A stretch of 64,000 bases of DNA from Nageia nagi (GCA_050084985.1 JBITNC010000001.1:204662001-204726000), one strand, 5' to 3'. Counted from the first letter of the stretch, positions 1-13,542 are shown. Numbers and translations are program-made. The notes: generated from the letters alone by a model not told the origin.

Positions 1-109
1 TTTCATGGATTTCAATGATGCAGACATAAACATTGATCTATTAAAAGACCAACATGGTTTTGATGAGATACAACATAAATGAGTTTCTTATAAAAAAATC
101 ATTTCCATT

Positions 110-417
110 ATGAGATGTGATTTCTCGAACTACAATGGTCACAACATATGCACAAAATCATCCATCAAATAGTGGTTGAAAATGAGTTTTCATCAAATGT
201 TATTGTTGTGAGTGCCTTGGTCGACATGCATACAAAATTTCAAAGAATGTAGAAGGCCCATAATTTTCTTGACACGAGAAATCTATAAGGTAGGGACATC
301 CATCAAAGAGTGGTTAAAAGTGGGTTTTCATTGGATGTTGTTGTTGTGATCGTCTTGGTAGGCATGCATGCAAAATTAAGAATAATACATAAGGCCCATA
401 AATTATTTGACATGATG
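110..417 (+). pseudogene. PLS-class pentatricopeptide repeat (PPR) pseudogene, part upstream of the LTR insertion
   Basis: Manual translation gives DVISRTTMVTTYAQN, HQIVVENEFSSNVIVVSALVDMHTK and GRDIHQRVVKSGFSLDVVVVIVLVGMHAKLRIIHKAHKLFDMM. These match plant PLS-PPR motifs and contain stops and deletions. Confidence 0.75.
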
Positions 418-1149
418 TGTAGACACCTAAAACTAATTTATTATTTATTTAATAAATCATATTTAAACTTCTTAAATGATTAATAGCAATAATACATATA
501 TCAAGATAAATTTGATATTACAATGCAATACCATATGCGAGGACCAATACAATATAATTTATCATGGTTCATATTTTAATTTATCTTGAATGCAACAAAG
601 CTTATTATTATTGTTGGAATTCAACCTCATTCCTCTCTATGTCCTTTATAGCCTATAAATATGGGTGGAATAGGTTGATTTCCAGATATCATAACTCTTT
701 TGATATTATAAAGAACTTTGATAAGTGGTTGTCGACTATAATGGTGTCTCTAGATGCCACCTATCACGAATGTTTTTTATACTCTGAGTTCTAAACTTTT
801 TATCTTTCATGCATGGCATAATTCATCTTGTTCCACGTAGTCAATGATATTTTGCTCCTACGTTGGTAATGATGTGCTCATTTTAGATCAAGAGTTCCAA
901 ATTTTGATGGTCGACTCATTGCTTCATACTTGTGAAGATCTATCATGATCACATCTCAAATCCAATCCCAATCCTCTGAATATTAATTGCTACTTATTGC
1001 TTGAGGATTGTACATACACTCCATATCATTTTCATGCATTTCTTGTATATATTTTGTAATCTGATAGTGTATATTGTATATTTAGTTGTATATTGTAGAT
1101 CATTTATTTAATTATGTTTATTCGTATTTTACACAATTTGAGGTCTACA
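418..1149 (+). repeat. 5' LTR (732 bp)
   Basis: Direct repeat of 8318-9013, roughly 90% identical by eye, with an extra segment of about 40 bp near 840-880. Confidence 0.9.
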
Positions 1150-2459
1150 TTTTGGTGAATGCAACATTCTTACACACCTAGATTTTGATCTAGGGTATCC
1201 CTTCTAGATATTCATGAATCCATTTTTGTTATTATTTATTCCCTTACCTGAAGCTCTTAGAATAGTAGCTAGAGAAAATGATAAAACTAGGGTTTGTTCT
1301 ACTTGTCTCAAAAATGGATCTAAATGTAGAATAAATTAGGGTTTCTAGGGGTAAGGTTCATTTTAATTATATTAGGAGAAGTGTTAGGATTAACCCTAAT
1401 TTACCTCTATAAGATACTAATCCCAATGATCGAATGGATACTGATAAAAATAATGATACTAAATCTACAAGCTCTAGCAAAAAATGGATATTATTGGAGA
1501 AACTCTCAATAAGTTTAATATGACTATTAATGATTTTGATTTTGACAGTGTAAGCTTGGGAAGTCATGGTGATACTTTTGATAGTAATGCTAAAATTAAG
1601 GAGTTAGAATTCCTATCCATGTTCGCTCCATAAAGGAATTGCTATCTAATAAATAAAAGTTGGAATATTATCTTACTCATAATGTTGAAATTGTTATTGA
1701 TATTTTAATTGATTATGAATTATTAGAAGCAGACTCTACAGCTTTGCAGTCCTCAGATAGTTTGTTCTCATGAAAATGCAAGTTCTTCAATATGGAGGGT
1801 CTCTACTATTAATCAGGATGACATCAATGATGTGCTAGAATGTATACATGTCGCTAGCAGCATGGAAGAGTATGTTACAAATCCTTCGAGTGAAGTAGTT
1901 TTTGAGGATGATTATGAACACCTGATCCTTAATCTCGAACATTATAAAATAGGTACACTTTCTAATAAAGGTAAGGGTATTTTGCAAACTGAAGATACTA
2001 ATATGAATGTCAAACAACAACTTGCTACTACTATTAACAATGCTTATAAACATCAACTTGATTGGTCAAAAGAAGAACACAATATCAAACTTGATGTCAT
2101 TCATGATGCTCAAGAAACTAAATTCTTTCAACAAGCTAATGAGGAACAATAGTTAGAGTTTATGTTAGTGTTGGTTGATAAGATTGACCATGAAAGGAAA
2201 AATAGAATAGGAATATTTATGTCACTTAAGGAAAAGGAAGTTAGAGATGCAAATAAATCTTCTTTGCAAATCAACAATGTTCCACCTCAAACCCCTCCAC
2301 CACCCCCAAAGGCTACTATCCCTATTGTCCAAAAATAACAACCAAATCAAACTCCTGTAGTATCAAACAATGACAAAACAACATAAGAAAAAATTCAAAA
2401 ATTAGAAAAATAATTGCTTGTTGATGATGAAGATGATTTCTTATTTTGTTTAAAACATC

Positions 2460-3330
2460 TTTTGACTGATAGAATTATTTCTAAAGTATTTATTGGTAAA
2501 AGGAGTGTGAAATTTACAAAGTTTGATGGTTTGCAAGATCCAAAAATGCATGTTAAAAAATTTTAAGAAAAAGCTATGGAATATATTCATGATAAAGATA
2601 TGTTAGCAAAATTGTTTTCATGTAGTTTAAAAAATGATGCATTGAAATGGTATTTTCTTCTTCCTGAAAAAAGCATTGATAAATATGAAGATTTGATACA
2701 TCAATTCTTCAAGTACTTTAGATACAATATTATAGAAAAGGTTCAATTCAAAGATTTATGTAAAATTAAGCAATTACCTAACCAATGTTTGTCTCATTTT
2801 GTGAAAATATGGAAACAAACTACAAATAAGATTACTATGCCTGAGAAAGATTTGAAAGATCTTTTATAAATTCTTTATTGCCTATATCTAAATTATTGGT
2901 TATCTCTAACAATGATTTGGTTATCTATATTTAAATGATGGCTATCTTGTTTAAAAAGTAGGTTTGCATAAAGAAACTTTATGATATGCGTTCTAAAAAA
3001 CCCCAAATATATGAAAATAAAATAAAATCTCAAGAAAATGATAAGAAACCTGAAGTGAATAATGTTGATAAGAGGAATAATATACTACAAAAGAAGTTTA
3101 CAAGGTTAACTGATACAATTGATAGTATTCTCAATGTGTTGTTAAAAGAAGAACTTATTGATCTTCCACCAATAGTTCAACCTCATTTTCCTAACTGTGT
3201 TCCTAAAAATTATAGATGTGAAGAATTTTGTAATTATCATAGAACATCGAGACACCTAACAAGATATTGCAGGGTTTTAAGAAACATCATTTAGGTCTTC
3301 ATTGACAAGAAAGCAATCGATGGATGATCA
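2460..3330 (+). pseudogene. gag: Degenerate gag (retrotransposon gag domain plus Tat/Ogre-type CxYH..H..C knuckle)
   Basis: KFDGLQDPKMHV..., LAKLFSCSLKNDALKWY (ORF 2576-2869) and FCNYHRTSRHLTRYCRVLRNII (ORF 2986-3294), broken by stops. Confidence 0.8.
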
Positions 3331-5071
3331 TTTTGTTGCAAATGAGAGGCCTATACACCCTAATAATGGACAATTGTAGATATTTACAAATCCTTTACCA
3401 GCTTCACAACCAAAATGCTTCATTGGTGCATTAAGTATTTCAAATTACATGAGTTATCATTTATCTAACAAGAATGGATGTAGTAGATGTTTGAAGCAAA
3501 CAAGCAGGGATTGCAGTAATCAAAGATCAAAATGTGCTGAAAAAATAAAGGAAATGAACACCACTAATGATGTGCACACCTGTTTGCATGCTTCCAACGA
3601 CATGAAATATGTCACAAGAAAGGCACATCTCTTTGTATCTACGTTTGCAAACTATGTCCGGGTTGCAAAACCATTCCAGGTACGTAAAGTTATTGCTTAA
3701 AGTGTAAAAAATCTAAATGGTAGTGTATACTAGCTAGGTTTTTTCTTGATTGGGAAAATGTGTATGGTTCATTGTTGTCTATGTTAGGTCATTATTTTAC
3801 TGGTCTCCTTGAAAACTTTAGAAAAACTATCCCATAGATTTTTCTTTTGTAATGATCAAAAATCAAATTGTTGATAGTGTACCACCTATTATCACATCAT
3901 TAACGATGTGTGTTTCCTGAAACAAAATTAAAAAGAATAGTATCTTCCTTATCCTCAGTTCATGGTTGTCTATTTAAAAAGGTCAAAATCTAGTTTTATG
4001 ATTGTTCATCCAAAACATCTCAAACTTGTTCATTATTGTTTAACTTTTGTACTAAGGAACCTTCATTTCATTTTCGAGATTGATTCTTGTGTTATTGATC
4101 AAAATTTCATACATTGGATCGTGCTAGATGTGTGCATTAAGAATGTTATGTGCTTGCATTAATTTTATAGGTTATGTTATTACTTGGTGTTGTACATGAT
4201 GTTGTTAAGTGAATGATTTGTTGCTTCCAACTTTGAAATTTGTACTTTGCAATTTAATCATTAAAATTATAAACATGTACAACTATATAAGCAAGTATCA
4301 ACCATTCAAACATATTTCACAAAAATTTGAGCCAGAAAAGGAATTATATATATATATAACAAAAATATACAAAATAGGGGTGGATCCATGTCCATGGTAC
4401 AAAATTAGTGGTGTGCACTACTGCCCCTACTCCTAGCCTTGCTAGTCCTAGGTCTAGTCCTCCTACTCTTGCTACTAGGTTCCAAAAATTATACCCCACC
4501 CGACACCTCACTAGTGCTAATCCCATGAGTGGCCATGATTACCTTAGCCCTCTCAAACTTTCCCCTAAGCATTGCAATATCGCTCTCCTTCTCTATCTAG
4601 TCCATCAAGCTCTAGATGAATGCCCATTGCTCATTTGGAGGGGGCATGTCAACTTGCTTCTGTAACCTCTTCAAGGATTGCTCCGACATGGTTATCTGGG
4701 CATCCATGGTTTTCACGATAGCCCGTAGGGTGGCTACCTCTATCTCGAAAGGCTCAAGCCTCTCGATCTCCACCTCTAGGGCTACCATCTATGTATCTCT
4801 CCCTCTTACGAGCATGTTCAAAAAATTCAATCTCTTGATCATATAATAACTTACATGTGATAAGTATATAGCTATCACATAGTTACATGGGGCCACTAGT
4901 GGTATGGTCCCGTTGATGCAACTAATCCTAGGGCTACAGGTTCCAATTGCATGAGAATGTTGTGCATCAAGTTTTCAACCTATGAGGGTCCTCATCCAAA
5001 GATCCCTCGGATGCATCCGGCTCATCATCCTCCTCATTATCATCTAAGCCCAAGGGGGCTAAACGCATAAT

Positions 5072-6030
5072 CTACCACCATGCCAAGAATCCTTTGGAGG
5101 TCCCAGGTGCTATAGAGACATCCGTTGTTGTGTCATGTTCCCTAGGCTCCTCCCAGATCAACCTCCATGTAGGTATGATATGAGCTCCTGTTGGAGTATC
5201 ACTATTCATCATGTACCATCTATAATATATCAGAGCTAGAGGGATTCCTTGCTGGATCCTAAACTTCCTGAGTACCCATTGTGGCAAATACAGCTCCACT
5301 AGATTCCTTAGTGTCTGGAGAAAGTAATCTTGACTTACTTAGGCAAGCTGGTGGGCATCCTCGTCCCACACATAGTCCGCATATGACACCCAAACTAGAT
5401 CTTCAACCTAGAGACCATCTATCTCACTCCTTTGATCCTCTAAAGTCTGTGGATACCTATATCTATGTGCCCTCAAAACCTAGCATGTCAATGCGATGCT
5501 CCCTAGGTTGTCTCTAGCTCTCTGTAAACCTATGGGTTAGATGAACACTATCTTCTCATATGCCCACACCTGAAGAAGGCCTACATGTGCAATCATGATA
5601 TTGAATTTATTAGCACTCACAAAGTTAAACAAATCCTTGTATAATTGGGCTAGCACTAGTGGCACCCATGCAAATCGAGTCCCTCATGTGCAAATCTCAT
5701 GTACTACCTAGACTAGGACAAGAGCAAATGAAGAGTTGCTCTTATCTGAGCATAAGTAGGTTGTAATAATTGAGGCGGTGTGTAACTTCAAGTAGTAGTT
5801 AGGTGATGCAATATAGCATGCCTCTACAAGATATGCAACCTGATGCTCCCATTTGTGATCCTCCTGCATATTATTATCTACAATTTTAGCTTAATGCACA
5901 AGCTAACCTCGAATGGGTACACGCCAAATCCTATACATGTCCAATAGTGTGATATTCATTTCACCTAGGGGTAGGTGAATCCATTATAGTTTGGATCCCA
6001 CCTCTCAGCCAAGGCGGTAAGAAGGGGCAA
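5072..6030 (-). pseudogene. Plant Mobile Domain (aminotransferase-like PMD) ORF, antisense within the retroelement
   Basis: Reverse-strand motifs appear in PMD order: LLTALAERWDP, HLPLGEMNITLLDMYRIWRVPIRG, RFAWVPLVLAQLYKDL, GLLQVWAYEK, ELYLPQWVLRKFRIQQGIP. Frameshifted. Confidence 0.85.
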
Positions 6031-8317
6031 GTCCTGCTGGATATGCCTAACTATTGCGAAACTACCAATCCCTAATGCATAATGATGTCATCTTCATGGT
6101 TCGTCCTTTACCATGAGCAAGCCTTCTCCAAAGTTGCAATGGACATGAGTCCTCCCCTAATGAGAACCTTGCGATCTTGCAAGAATTTAATGAAAGGAAT
6201 CAATAATTAAGAAAATAAAAATCAAACTAAAGTGCAACTAAATCAAAGTAGGTAAAATGTAGTGTATAATAATTAAAACCCAAAACCAATTTGAGATAAA
6301 AAGGTAAGGAATGGAAACTTACAATATGCTCAAAAGGTAGACTTCGAACGTACTCTACCACAAGACCTCTCCAACTGATCAAAGGCCTCCCTACACCATG
6401 CCAATGATCATCTGCCATAATGGAAAAAGAAGATTGAACGAATGGCTAGAAGCAAAGGAATTTGGTAAAGATCCAACAGCTAACCAGATCACGAACAAGC
6501 CAATAGAGTCGCCATGTTGGACCATGCGCACTAGAGAACCTTAAACATAGCAACCAATAGGAAAGCGATAACTCAAATGAGCTAAAAATCAACCAAAAGA
6601 TTGTTTTATTCAATTTTTTCCCCTAACCCTAGCTCCACGTAGGGGTTTTTGAATGTTTACTTTCTTTTACCTCCTAATTGCTTGAACATGTGTGCAAAGT
6701 GTTAGAAAATATATTACAATGTTGTCGTTTCTTTTAGAAAAACCAATTTTGTTGATCCCACATCGCCAATGGTGTGCAACTCATAAAATTGGTGACCAAT
6801 TCAACGTCGGATGATCAAGAATGGTAAGGGTATTAAAAAGCACAGTTTACATTATGCATTGCTATGGAAATTGAATACATTTCATTTTTACAATTTATTA
6901 ATATTAAATGGACGCCATCAACGACATGCTTTATGTAAAAATGGAAAATGCTTAAAGTGCTATGATCAAATTCTTTTTTTGATAAGTCAAAATAGATGCA
7001 TAACATGAATGTTGTATAAGTACAAACGTGAAATTTTAATTGTGGAAATCAGTTTTAATTAAATGTATGTGCATATTTTTCATTTCTACATATGTGCATG
7101 GTTTTAGAATGGTAAATAACTGAATATTCATTTTTCAATACCAATTGGGTGCGCTCTTTTTCTTGAGAATAAATTCATTCATTAACAAGTCATTAATGAT
7201 GTGCATAGAGCAAAATTATGGGTTCTTTTAAATATCGACCATTTTAGCATAATATTAATAGATCAAAAAGATTGATATCTCAATTGTATGATTGTTACAT
7301 AGACAAAATGAACATGGGGTCAAAAACTGAGGATTTATTGCTTATAATGAAAATGTTATGCTATGTGCATATGTGATTTCACAACTGATATGATACAAAA
7401 CATTATTTTCAAGTTTTAATTGAATATCATTTCAATTTATAGATCTAATATGACTACTCTCACACCACCAATGATGTATGTTTAATACAAATTCTTTGCA
7501 AATGGGGCATTATACAAAATCTTTGAATTTCTATTTGAAAATACCATTGCTTTACAAATATGCACTAAAATGGAAACAATGGACAAAAATGTAGAAGACA
7601 TGATTGAAAAATTCTATGAATATCACATCGTCAATGACATAGGTTTACTTTGAAAATTAATCTTAAGATGTAAGGCCAATAAATATTTGGTATGTTTATG
7701 AAAATTGAATGATATTATTCAATGTTATGCTAACAAATATTTTCAAGAACATGGTCACTCCATGAGAAAATCTCTTATTCATTATAGGTTATTCCAAGCA
7801 TGAGTCATTAAAAGTTCTCATCAACTTGATAATTGTGGATGTTACAAGTTTGGACCATTAAAAAGGACCTCATGAACTTGATCTTCATAAACTATGAGTT
7901 GCAATCACAATAGTCTATATATCATAGTTTATAGAACTATGAATCACATCGACTATAGTGACATAATGGGTATTATATTAATTTCATCCTTGCTCTTTCA
8001 ATTGATTATTTTTTAATAGGATGTGATCTATGTGGGTATTATATTGGTTTTTTCTTCAAGTATTGTCCAAGTGAGTAGGATTCACATAAATCGCTCTTTT
8101 CATATAGGGATTCCGATTTTTGGCTTGATTACCTGAAGCAACATTAGATAAGGGAAACCAAGATGAAAAAGGGGAAAAACAACATACCATACTCAGCATA
8201 TTGATCGAAAAAGGGAAATCCACTTTACTATTGAAAATTTTATTCTCTTTCTTCTCTAAACTTCTTTAGATTATATAATTTCAATACTTTCTATTTCATA
8301 ACCAAAGAGGGGCAAAA

Positions 8318-9013
8318 TGTAGATGCCTAAAAATAATTTATTATTTATTTAACAAATCATATTAAACTTCTTAAATGATTAATAGCAATAATACATATAT
8401 CAAGATAAAGTTGATATTACAATGCAATACCATGTGCTAGGACCAATACAATATCATTTATCATGGTTCATTTTTTAATTTATCTTGAATGCAACAAAGC
8501 TTATTATTATTGTTAGAAGTCGGCCTCATTCCTCTCTATGTCATTTGCAATCTATAAATACGAGTGGAATAGGTTGATTTCTAGATATCAGAACTTTTTG
8601 ATATGATAAAGAACTCTGATAGATGGTTATCAACTGTAATGGTGTCTCTAGACACCACCTATCATGAATGTTTGTTATACTCTGAGTTCTAAACTTTCTA
8701 TCCTTTGCACATGGCATAATTCATCTTGTTTCACACAGATGATGCTAGTTGGAGAGTTCCAGATTTCAGTGGTCGACTCATTGCTTCATACTTACAGAGA
8801 TCATTCGTGAGCTCGTCCCGAATCCAATCCCAATCCTTTGAAGATTCATTGCTACTTATTGCTTGAGGATTGTACATACACTCCATATCAAGTTCATGTG
8901 TTTTATGTATATCTATTGTAATATGATATAGTGTATATTGTATATTCAATTGTATATTGTAGATCATTTATTTAATTGTGTTTATTTGTATTTTGCACAA
9001 TTTGAGGTCTACA
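8318..9013 (+). repeat. 3' LTR (696 bp)
   Basis: Direct repeat of 418-1149, preceded by the PPT and followed by the TSD. Confidence 0.9.
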
Positions 9014-9018
9014 TGATG

Positions 9019-9265
9019 AAGATACAATTTCATGAATTAAGTTTTCATCAATTAAGTTTTCATCAATTGTTGTTGTTATGAGTGCCCTGGTAGACATACA
9101 TGCAAAATGGATCTCTAGAAGAAGGTATGGACATCTTGAAAATGGGCTTTCGTAGAATGTTTTTGTTGTGTTTGCCCTAGCATACATATATGCAAAATAT
9201 CGAAGAAATATTCACAAAGATTGATGCATGGTGCAAATGAAATTTCATCAACTGTAAATCATGCA
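9019..9265 (+). pseudogene. PPR pseudogene, continuation after the LTR insertion
   Basis: FSSIVVVMSALVDIHAK, LENGLS*NVFVVFALAYIYAK and MHGANEIS are PPR-like motifs resuming right after the TSD. Confidence 0.65.
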
Positions 9266-9489
9266 AGTACAATAAAAAAAAGATTTCTCACCACTTACTT
9301 TCACAAATCGAGCAAATTTGTTGTAGGAAATATTGTTGGAGGATTCTCCCAAGGCTCCTGTTGGCTAGGGTTTCGAGGTCAACTAAGTGAAATGAGAGAA
9401 TAGGCTAGGATTTTGGATGCTTACAAGGTTTTAAACAATACCACTTAGCTGCATGAATAAAACTTCATGTAGGTTGGTGGCCTTAAGAA

Positions 9490-9885
9490 TCGTGGTTCGC
9501 TCTTTTTTCAAATTTTGGTATTCAAATTCGCGAAACTATTATGAAACTTTAGTTTCGCGAATATGCAACATAGTTTTTTTTTCAAATCAAAGTTTACATA
9601 TTCACGAAGCTAATTCTACATATTAGTTTCATGAATATGCAGTAAATCTTTTTTTGAAAATCTAGGTTTACATACTCACAAAGCTAATACATGTTTAGTT
9701 TAACAAATATATCATATTCGTTTGGCAAATATGTGAACATGAAAAAAATTGGCGTGCACATTAACTAAACCAATATATAATTAACTTTGTGAGTATGCAA
9801 CCATGATTTTTTTGGAGAAATTTACTTTGATGCATTTATTTCATGAATATTGACATATCCTCATCGGAAAGCGAACGATGCCCAA
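9490..9885. mobile_element. Possible degraded MITE with internal TTCGCGAAACTA/TAGTTTCGCGAA inverted motifs
   Basis: Weak terminal inverted match (GTTCGCT near 9498, AGCGAAC near 9870) and repeated internal palindromic motifs. No clear TSD. Confidence 0.3.
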
Positions 9886-9971
9886 ATTTCCTAACCAATG
9901 TGTAAAAATATTAGAAGTCGCACATCATTATCGATGGGTGAAAAATCCCTTAACTAGACAACTCGTATATA

Positions 9972-10162
9972 ATATATAGTTTTGAGTAGTTAGAAATATT
10001 GCAACAATAAAATGGTATTTATTACTACATATTAATTTCATTATTTGAAATATCAAAATACTTTATTATTATAATAAAATCGATATTTCAACTAATGAAT
10101 TAATGTGTAGTAAATAAATACCATTTTATTGCTGAAATATTTGAAACTAATCATCTATATAT
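9972..10162. repeat. AT-rich inverted repeat of about 190 bp (fold-back or MITE-like)
   Basis: Arms of about 68 bp (9987-10054 versus 10082-10149) are reverse complements with few mismatches. Confidence 0.8.
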
Positions 10163-10296
10163 ATTTGCACGGAATAATACTTATAAAAATGAATTAGCTA
10201 ATAAAAACAATACCCTCTCAACTCATAATAAAATTATAAATTAATTCCTAAATTCAAATCTTTAATATGTACAAAATTAAGTTGCAAACAATCATA

Positions 10297-10470
10297 ATAC
10301 GACTCGGATGTTGGTTGAGTTGATCATGTGTTGACCTTGCTGCGACCTGTGTCCCGTGTTCTATTCCCAGTACGAGACTACATGCTATGTAATAACCTAC
10401 TGCAAGTTATCCATCTCATAGATCAATTTATCTCTAGTAAACGTTAATATAATTTACCTTTACCTTTTAT
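10297..10470 (+). mobile_element. tRNA-derived SINE, family A, copy 1
   Basis: Box A-like TGGTTGAGTTGA, box B-like GTTCTATTCC and a (TTTACC)n tail. Homologous to 15563-15731. Confidence 0.65.
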
Positions 10471-11791
10471 ACAATCTATACAATTATTTATATTAGTTAA
10501 TTAATAATTAATATAAATGATTATATTTATATAATAATTATCTAAGAAAAATTAAATTAAACAATTATATTTATTATTTAACAATTTTTAAAGTATGATC
10601 AAATTTGTTTTTAATCTAATTTTGAAAATATATCGTTGCCCTCCTCTTACTACCATTGTAGGAAGCCTCTCACGTAATGAAATAGGTCATAGCAATTGTT
10701 CGGTGGGTATATTGACTGAATCCGTCTTCATCACGAGCGAATATGCTATCGCGTTATCGCTGATAGGTGAGGTTTGCCGTCGCAAGAACGATGAGTCATC
10801 AATGACCATCGCTTGTCAAACGTTGGGCAAATGGATCATTTGTCATCAGACATTCGTGTCATTGCTAGACAATTATTAATCATTATCAATCGTTGATCGT
10901 CAGAATGACAACAGACATAATTAGATCTGGGTCATTGATTGGTTGATATCTATCAATTAAATATTGATATGCATGTCGATTGATCTGCGAAATTGTCAAA
11001 AGAATCGATGAGTGTTGACACTGAATTCTTATGAAGCAATTATAGTTCTTGATATGAAAGAAACTCGATTGAAAATTCCAACTTAAGTACCTACTACATC
11101 AAAAATAACATATTCTGTACCTAATCTTACCTTGATGCCTCGGCAAAACCTGAATTGGTGTTATGACATGTAAGATAACTACCAAACGAATATTAAATAG
11201 GCAAAACATAATAGCCAGAATAACCAATAGAAATACTAAAAGATGAAGGCATTGCCATCCAGACTTTGACACTATCCTTACAATATTCCAAGGAAAAACT
11301 GTAAATATTATCATTTAGGTCACACGCAACAAAGAAAAAGGAGCAAATGGGTGTTTGTCCCCATTTTTCTAATATTAAGAATCAAAAGTAGAACAGCATA
11401 AACAGACTCTTTGAACATATTATGACTTTAAAAAATATGATAAGACAAATTCCAACTTGAAGCAAACCTCAAGTGAGCCATGCTCAACTCAAAATTGGGA
11501 ATACTTTCAATCTGTTGTACGTGTATTTACACATAATTTAGCACCTATTTTCATCTCACCTCTTCAATATTTGGTACAGGAATGTCTCACATTGCCTCCA
11601 CTGTAAACGATACTTTCTACAGGTTATACCTTGCAGAAGTGTCAATAAAATATGGTACGTCAAGTGGTAAACTTGTAAAAGGAGACTAAAAATCAAATTT
11701 TACAAAACCAATTTATCAATGCTAAAATCGTTAAAAAACAGATTAAATGAATTGAACACCTAACAAACACCACAATTTCTGCAAAAGAACA

Positions 11792-11992
11792 CTATTCACT
11801 CGTTGATTGGTTTCCATTGTCTGCTAATAAAGAGGCTCCCAATTCACTAGCACTGTCTGCAGTTGATATGCTAACCGATGCTAGTCCATTTTCAAGTTCT
11901 GAAGATGTTGCAGACATATCTCCACTTGTTTGATTTGAATGACTCCAAAGCATAATACTTGCTGTCAGTGTCAGTATCATTTTTGGGTTAAC
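11792..11992 (-). CDS. FIM: Fimbrin, last coding exon (end of CH4 plus Ser-rich tail, TAG stop)
   Basis: CAG acceptor at 11995-11993; VNPKMILTLTASIMLWS...STSE*; phase 0 matches the previous exon. Confidence 0.95.
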   Translation of the reverse strand, partial: VNPKMILTLTASIMLWSHSNQTSGDMSATSSELENGLASVSISTADSASELGASLLADNGNQSTSE

Positions 11993-12107
11993 CTGGAAAA
12001 TTAACAACACCAAAACTTAGCATAAAAATGTAACCAGAAATCACATCAGACAATCATAGGTAAAATTGTGACATCAATTAACACTAAATAATGTAGAATG
12101 GTATTAC

Positions 12108-12199
12108 CTCTACAATGTCTTCTGGCAGAAGAAATATTGAGCATCCCAACTTTCGTGCCACACTAATTATGTAAGTAGCATTCAATTTTTTTTCTTCCT
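12108..12199 (-). CDS. FIM: Fimbrin exon (CH4)
   Basis: [30 protein letters not shown]; CAG and GTAAT boundaries; 92 nt, phase 1 to 0. Confidence 0.95.
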
Positions 12200-12504
12200 C
12201 TGAAAATAAGTAAATAATTAGAGAGCGATATTTCTATCAACAAAAGCTACAATTCCTCAAACAATGTTTCTCCATCATAATATATTAACTAGAAACACAT
12301 AGATGTACGGTACAATATAATATCCCACTATATGTTTTGATTTAATTCTGAAAAATGTCTAATGATTCCTAACAATGTTGTTAACAAGACTTGCCCACTT
12401 GTGCATTGAACATGTATAGAAATTTCATGACAGTTCCGAAAGAAATTCCACTGTTAAGTAAAAATTTTGCGAGACACAAATATGCCTGGCTAGAGCTTTC
12501 TTAC

Positions 12505-12601
12505 CAGTCTCCCCTTTAGTGACAACACTCCAACTCACCACCCTTGGTTCCACAGCACTCAGAAGTTCGAGGAAAAAAAGTCCATTCGCCAGACTTTTAT
12601 C
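12505..12601 (-). CDS. FIM: Fimbrin exon (CH4)
   Basis: [32 protein letters not shown]; CAG and GTAAG boundaries; 97 nt. Confidence 0.95.
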
Positions 12602-12774
12602 CTGGAAAAAAACATTTTCAACAATGAGAACCTAAGAAACAAATACGAATTATTGATCATGCTATGAACCAAGAAAAGTCAAAAGATGGTATGGATGGCC
12701 AAGGGCAATCCTCAGATTCAATGGACTCATCTGAACAGTGTTGACGTTTAACATGTCAACTGATATTCCTGTAC

Positions 12775-12932
12775 CTTAAAGCTTCCCATCTGGGATGTTT
12801 TGCCTGAGCTTTTAACTTTTTCATTTGCCCAGTGCAATATATCACTGTCTGTTATCTCTTTACCATGAGAATGATGTCTCAGATTCCTCAGAAGCTGAAG
12901 AATGTTGTGCCGCATCAACTGCCAGAGGAATG
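12775..12932 (-). CDS. FIM: Fimbrin exon (CH3 to CH4)
   Basis: AFLWQLMRHNILQLLRNLR...EITDSDILHWANEKVK...SFK; CAG and GTAC boundaries; 158 nt. Confidence 0.95.
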
Positions 12933-13542
12933 CTGCAAGTTGAGAACAGACATGATTTCAGCGAGATTTAATTATTATGCCTCAACATGAAACAACGTTT
13001 GGAAGAAATAAGTCACACCAATATCCAAACTCAATGCTTTTCTTTGAATTCAGATAGCCATAATGGTAATATTGTCAAAGATCAACAAAAGAAAGGGGTA
13101 TTTAAGACACATTATACTGCATTGAGCTCTACTTTGAACTGATAAGAGGCAACAAAAACAAAAAAATCCAATACCATAAATAGATATTTTTCTAAAACAC
13201 ATGAATCTGCATATGAAACTCGGAATAACATGTGAACCCAAATATAATTTAACATGAAATGAACGGTCTTTGCAACATATAATAAAAGTATAGATACCAG
13301 CATAAAAATTCTGTAGAAGGAATGGGGCACATGCACTTTGACAATCTATATAATCTATCATTTGCAGTGGAAAATGAAAAAGCAGGCATCAATCAAAAGA
13401 CTGGTGATCATGTGAAATAATAATTAAGCAATATGGGAACATCAAACAATGAGCCAATAGGTGATAAACCAACTAATGAGCTCGCAGATTGCCAACTGGC
13501 AGTGAACCAAAAAATTGTCAACTGTCAGTATTGCAAATAAAA

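Larger units (their letters stand above)
418..9013 (+). mobile_element. Non-autonomous Ty3/Gypsy (Tat/Ogre-like) LTR retrotransposon with gag remnant and antisense PMD ORF, no recognisable pol
   Basis: Paired LTRs with TGTAGAC...GTCTACA termini, perfect 5-bp TSD TGATG (413-417 and 9014-9018), PPT AAAGAGGGGCAAAA (8304-8317) and Tat/Ogre-type gag motifs. Confidence 0.9.

Noticed and set aside
6500-6520. Minus-strand CCAACA-TGGCGACTCTATTGG resembling an LTR end plus Arg-tRNA PBS
   Set aside because: No partner LTR or TSD was found. The plus strand equally fits a CCAAT...GCCA(C/T)GT promoter-type motif. A nested Ogre fragment cannot be excluded but is not supported.
10640-11040. CpG-containing stretch with a 94-aa ORF
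   Set aside because: No domain, termini or second copy was recognisable, so it is left unassigned.
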